From assembly GCA_046484135.1 (NCBI GenBank), contig JAWOBU010000225.1, positions 1 through 10,967 of the forward strand: a stretch of 10,967 bases of DNA, given 5' to 3'. The DNA comes from a bacterium (GTDB lineage Bacteria; RBG-13-61-14; DATKZS01). The translations under genes and the position numbers were made by a program. Under the pieces are notes generated by a model, which searched no databases, was not told the origin of the DNA, and saw nothing but the letters and a program-made list of their open reading frames with translations. Shown here piece after piece: positions 7,589 to 10,967 of this stretch (positions are counted from its first letter, which is position 1; each line of letters begins with the position of its first letter).

Positions 7589-9052
7589 CTAAAGTCCCAG
7601 TCCCTCGGCCAGGCCTTTCAGGTAGTCCAGCATGCCGGAGCCGAAGTTGTAAAAGTCGTTGATGGTGACCAGGACCATCAGGGAGATGAGCAGCATGAAG
7701 CCGAACCAGAAGACTCCTTCCTTGACCTTCATGTTGATCTCGCGGCCCATGGCGGACTCGACCAGAGTGACCACCACGTGCCCGCCGTCCAGGGGCGGGA
7801 AGGGAAGCAGGTTCAAAAGCCCCAGGTTGATGCCGATGAGCACGGTCAGCTTGAGCAGCATCCCGAGACCCATATGGGCCGCCTGACTGGTGATGGCGCC
7901 GATTCCCACCGGACCGGCCATGAGCCGCGGGGAGAGCTGGCCGGTGACGAGCTTATATAGAACGGTGTAGACCTCGACCACCGAGTCAACGCACAAGTGG
8001 AACCCCTCCCGGACCGAGCCTATGAGCCCGTAGCGCACGGTCTCCTTGGGAGGAGAGTGTTGGATGCCGAGAAGGAAGATGCCGTGCTCTTCGCTGAAGC
8101 GCGGGAAGGTCTCGAGTTCCAGGGTTTTACTGTCGCGCTTGACCAGGAGGTTTAAGCTCCTTTGCTCGTAAAACCCGCGGCGCTCGGCCATGGGGATCGC
8201 CCCCAATGCGCCCGCCACCGGCGGATTGACCTTCAAGGAAATCTCACTGTGGGAGACGCGCTCGCCGTTTATCTTTTCGATCACGTCGCCCGGCTTGAGC
8301 CCCGCTTTTTCCGCGGCGGTATCGGGCATGATCTCCATCACCACCGCGGGCACCGGCGGAGGCCCGATTCCTGACTCTCCGATGGGCTTGTCTTCCCCCT
8401 CCCGCAGGGTGAGTTTTTTGGTGAGGGTCTCGCCGTCCCGCTTGATCCGGTAGACCATGGACTTGTTCGGGTTCAGGGCCTCCTTTTTTTTGAGGTCGAA
8501 GAAGTTGTCAAGCTCCTGGTTGTTTATGGACAGGACCATGTCGCCCGGCTTGATGCCGGCCACTGCCGCGGGAGAGCCGGACTCCACTTTGCCGACCTCC
8601 GGAGCAAGCTTTACCTGCTCGACCCCGATCAAGAACACCAGCGGCGCAACAATGGCGCCGAACAGGATGTTCATCACGGGACCGGCAATGAAAATAAGGA
8701 GCTTGTGCCGGGCGGGCCGGTAATACAGGGCCTGTGCTTTCTCTTCCTCGGAGATGTCCTCTAAGGGGGTGTCCTCGTCTCCGCCCTCGACCTCGGTGGG
8801 GTCCCCGAACATCTTCACGTAGCCGCCGATGGGAAAGACCCCGATGCCGTACTCGAAGTCGCCCCGGGTCCGCTTCCAGATCCACTTGCCGAACCCCAGC
8901 TTGAACACCAGTACCTTGACCCCCAACGCACGGGCGGCAAGGAAATGGCCCAGCTCGTGAATAAAGATCATCACTCCCAGGACCAAGATAAAAGGAGCCG
9001 CAGTGTAAGCCACCAGGTCCCAGAGATTATAAAAAACCGATGATACGTCCAT
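7589..9052 (-). CDS. rseP: RIP metalloprotease RseP (site-2 protease, M50) with two PDZ domains
   Basis: IHELGH zinc motif, GFG, PIGGYVKM, AGPVMN, two PDZ repeats (SPAAVAGIKPGD; TAAEKAGLKPGD), GPVGI, NLLPFPPLDGGH. Confidence 0.97.
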   Translation of the reverse strand: MDVSSVFYNLWDLVAYTAAPFILVLGVMIFIHELGHFLAARALGVKVLVFKLGFGKWIWKRTRGDFEYGIGVFPIGGYVKMFGDPTEVEGGDEDTPLEDISEEEKAQALYYRPARHKLLIFIAGPVMNILFGAIVAPLVFLIGVEQVKLAPEVGKVESGSPAAVAGIKPGDMVLSINNQELDNFFDLKKKEALNPNKSMVYRIKRDGETLTKKLTLREGEDKPIGESGIGPPPVPAVVMEIMPDTAAEKAGLKPGDVIEKINGERVSHSEISLKVNPPVAGALGAIPMAERRGFYEQRSLNLLVKRDSKTLELETFPRFSEEHGIFLLGIQHSPPKETVRYGLIGSVREGFHLCVDSVVEVYTVLYKLVTGQLSPRLMAGPVGIGAITSQAAHMGLGMLLKLTVLIGINLGLLNLLPFPPLDGGHVVVTLVESAMGREINMKVKEGVFWFGFMLLISLMVLVTINDFYNFGSGMLDYLKGLAEGLGL

Positions 9053-9062
9053 AATCCTATCT

Positions 9063-9091
9063 ATTCTGAATTAAGGATGCCCGCCGGTCAA
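9063..9091 (-). promoter_or_regulatory. Candidate sigma70 promoter immediately upstream of rseP
   Basis: Minus strand TTGACC (9091-9086), 17-nt spacer, CAGAAT (9068-9063). An A8 tract upstream (9104-9111) could act as an UP element. Confidence 0.55.
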
Positions 9092-9109
9092 GCGTAACGC
9101 TGCTTTTTT

Positions 9110-9252
9110 TTATGAAAGGTCCTTGATTTTAGGGAAGGGGCTGATTGAAAAGAGGACGAGGTCCCGATTATTCACCTGTCGCTGCAATCTGAGGGGACCC
9201 CGTCCTCCCGGTTCACCTTAATGGACGAGCAAGGCTATTTTTTCTTTCATAA
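9110..9252. repeat. Nested imperfect inverted repeat / long stem-loop (candidate structured RNA)
   Basis: Paired arms: TTATGAAAG 9110-9118 / CTTTCATAA 9244-9252; CCTTG 9121-9125 / CAAGG 9230-9234; GAGGACG 9152-9158 / CGTCCTC 9201-9207; GGTCCC 9160-9165 / GGGACC 9194-9199; GATT 9166-9169 / AATC 9186-9189. Confidence 0.7.
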
Positions 9253-9295
9253 TTCGGGACGGGACCGGGATGGTTCTAATGAATAAACGCGGGAC

Positions 9296-9324
9296 TTGGG
9301 CGGAAGCGGTTTCAGGTGTATTAT
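9296..9324 (+). promoter_or_regulatory. Candidate sigma70 promoter for the glycosyltransferase gene
   Basis: TTGGGC (9296-9301), 17-nt spacer, TATTAT (9319-9324). If used, translation would more likely start at TTG 9373. Confidence 0.4.
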
Positions 9325-10967
9325 ATGGTCTCAGTTCAGCGGACTTTATGGAGATATGCTTCGGGGCGCGCTTTGTCAAAACGGGACAGGACACTGGTGG
9401 CCGCGGTTTTGCTGGGGGTGGCAGGACTTTTTGTTGTCATGTCCAACCAGCGGTTTTACTTCCTGCAGGGATCGGCAGCCTCTGACATCCTTCTTTCGCG
9501 GGCCTTGGCTTCCGGCCAGGGCTTTCGCGAGGTCCTCCGGATCGGCAGCCCTCCCTGCACGGTAAGGCCGCCCGGCTTCACCTCCCTCCTGGCCGTCCTC
9601 AACCTCTTGTTCGGCGAGAACCTCTTTCTCTATAAGCTCATAAACAACCTGTTCGGCGCGGCGGCTTTTCTTTTCGGAGTGCTCCTTTTGAGAAAGCGTA
9701 CCCGCTCGCCGGCCGTCCCCCTCATGATTGCGGCCTTCTCCATGACCCTTCCCTTCTGGATCGGGATCGCCCGGCACCTTTACTCCGGGATCATTTTTAC
9801 CGCGCTTGTCATGAGCTCGCTGTGGGTGTTTGAAAGGGAGCACGAGCGGGGCTTTACAAGCGTGCTTTCCCTGATCGGTTTTTCCGTGTTGGCCTCTGCT
9901 GCCCTCCTTACCCGGAGCATCGGCGTAACCCTGCCGGCGGCCGCGGTCCTGTCTGTCTTTTTGCACCGTCGGCTTCCTATCAAGAACAGGCTATATCTTG
10001 CCGCTGCCGTCCTTTTGATTACCGGCTTATTCTTCGGCGCCTGGACGGTGCGTAACTACAAGGTGCAGGGCGCCAAGGACGAGCCGTATCTTTCCAAGCT
10101 CCTGGTAGGCGAGCCGCTGGGCAGCACATACTGGCTGGCGGAAGACCAGGGCATCCCCTTGATGCCGGAGCCGAAAAAGCTTACCCCCGCCAGGTTCGCA
10201 AAGCGCATCACGGACAACGGGAGATACTATCTCTTCCATACCGCCGGGTTCCTGGTGCCGGCACTGGAGCGCCTCCCGGCCGGGGTCCGGGCGGCGCTTT
10301 CGGGATCGTGGTTTGTGCTGGTGATGGGGGGCCTTGGCTTCATGATAGTGCGGCAGAAAAGGATCAGCGAAATCTACGCGGCGCTCACTCTGTTGGTCGC
10401 CCTGGCCTGGCCTTTTCCGCATCCGCGTTTTTTCGCTCCCGCCCTGCCGGTGCTGCTCCTGGCCATGACAGGATCAATAACGTGGCTTTCCGGCAAGGCT
10501 GCCGGGCACGCGGGTTTCGCTCCCGTCCGGGGCAAGGCCCGGCTCGCCGGTATTGTGGCGGCGGCGCTTTTTATTCTTGTCAATCTCGGCAGCGACGCAA
10601 CGCTGGTTAAAAAGCGGTTTAAAAAGCCGGAGTATCAGCTTACGAGACCGGGGATGACCATGGTGGCGGACCGCCCTTACTCTTACGCCAGCCTCCTTGT
10701 CCTCGACCGGCTCCGCAAAAATGCGCCTCCGGACGCCAGGGTCATGTTCCATTCCGTGTATCCCTGCGCGCTGGTCACCGAGCGGGTGTGCGCGCCCGTG
10801 CCCATGGCGGACCCGGAGAGGTTGATGCGCTGGGTCCGTGAGAACGGCATTGACTACATCATCATGGACTCGGAAAAAGGCGCGTTCGGGGCCTCTTACT
10901 TTTCCTACCGTTACCTTTGGCCGGCCGTGCAAAGGTACGAAGGCCAAACCCTCGAGCTTTTGAAATC
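9325..10967 (+). CDS. Polytopic membrane protein, GT-C/ArnT-PMT-like glycosyltransferase (3' end truncated by window edge)
   Basis: The frame is open from 9283 to the window end (manual translation; absent from the track): ...RTLVAAVLLGVAGLFVVM...LSRALASGQGF...RPPGFTSLLA...LASAALLTRSIG...AWTVRNY...HPRFFAPALP...LRKNAPPDARV...RENGIDYIIMD. It has many hydrophobic segments and a soluble C-terminal domain. The start is uncertain (GTG 9316, ATG 9325 or TTG 9373). Confidence 0.85.
   Translation, partial: MVSVQRTLWRYASGRALSKRDRTLVAAVLLGVAGLFVVMSNQRFYFLQGSAASDILLSRALASGQGFREVLRIGSPPCTVRPPGFTSLLAVLNLLFGENLFLYKLINNLFGAAAFLFGVLLLRKRTRSPAVPLMIAAFSMTLPFWIGIARHLYSGIIFTALVMSSLWVFEREHERGFTSVLSLIGFSVLASAALLTRSIGVTLPAAAVLSVFLHRRLPIKNRLYLAAAVLLITGLFFGAWTVRNYKVQGAKDEPYLSKLLVGEPLGSTYWLAEDQGIPLMPEPKKLTPARFAKRITDNGRYYLFHTAGFLVPALERLPAGVRAALSGSWFVLVMGGLGFMIVRQKRISEIYAALTLLVALAWPFPHPRFFAPALPVLLLAMTGSITWLSGKAAGHAGFAPVRGKARLAGIVAAALFILVNLGSDATLVKKRFKKPEYQLTRPGMTMVADRPYSYASLLVLDRLRKNAPPDARVMFHSVYPCALVTERVCAPVPMADPERLMRWVRENGIDYIIMDSEKGAFGASYFSYRYLWPAVQRYEGQTLELLK

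Noticed and set aside
9110..9252. Calling the rod structure 6S or SRP RNA
   Set aside because: It has no SRP domain IV motif, no recognisable 6S central-bubble sequence and no zapA/ygfA context. It is left as an unassigned structure.
9221..9286. Plus-strand mini-ORF MDEQGYFFFHNSGRDRDGSNE as an aromatic amino-acid leader peptide
   Set aside because: There is no SD, no downstream terminator, and no aromatic biosynthesis gene follows.
9270..10947. Track ORFs 9270-9485, 9296-9565, 9376-9966, 10027-10422, 10308-10610 and 10474-10947
   Set aside because: All overlap the single uninterrupted membrane-protein frame running from 9325 to the window end.

Overview
This is a GC-rich bacterial chromosomal window; the rseP-tsaB pair and overall gene content are compatible with a Deltaproteobacteria-like organism (inference). 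On the minus strand at the left is a tight three-gene run: the RNA ligase rtcB, a stand-alone cyclic-nucleotide-binding protein, and a classical sirtuin that runs off the left edge and is missing from the ORF track. Divergent from it on the plus strand are a Zn-ribbon/DUF2293 protein, a SWIM-finger SNF2 ATPase with a very Lys-rich N-terminal tail, and a LURP-one/scramblase-like protein. Next come tsaB and rseP on the minus strand, a ~270-bp intergenic region holding a long nested inverted repeat (candidate structured RNA), and a GT-C-type membrane glycosyltransferase that runs off the right edge, also missing from the ORF track. No mobile element, CRISPR array, tRNA or rRNA is recognisable. 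The best novelty candidates are the rtcB-cNMP-sirtuin operon and the 9110-9252 structure; both remain hypotheses.
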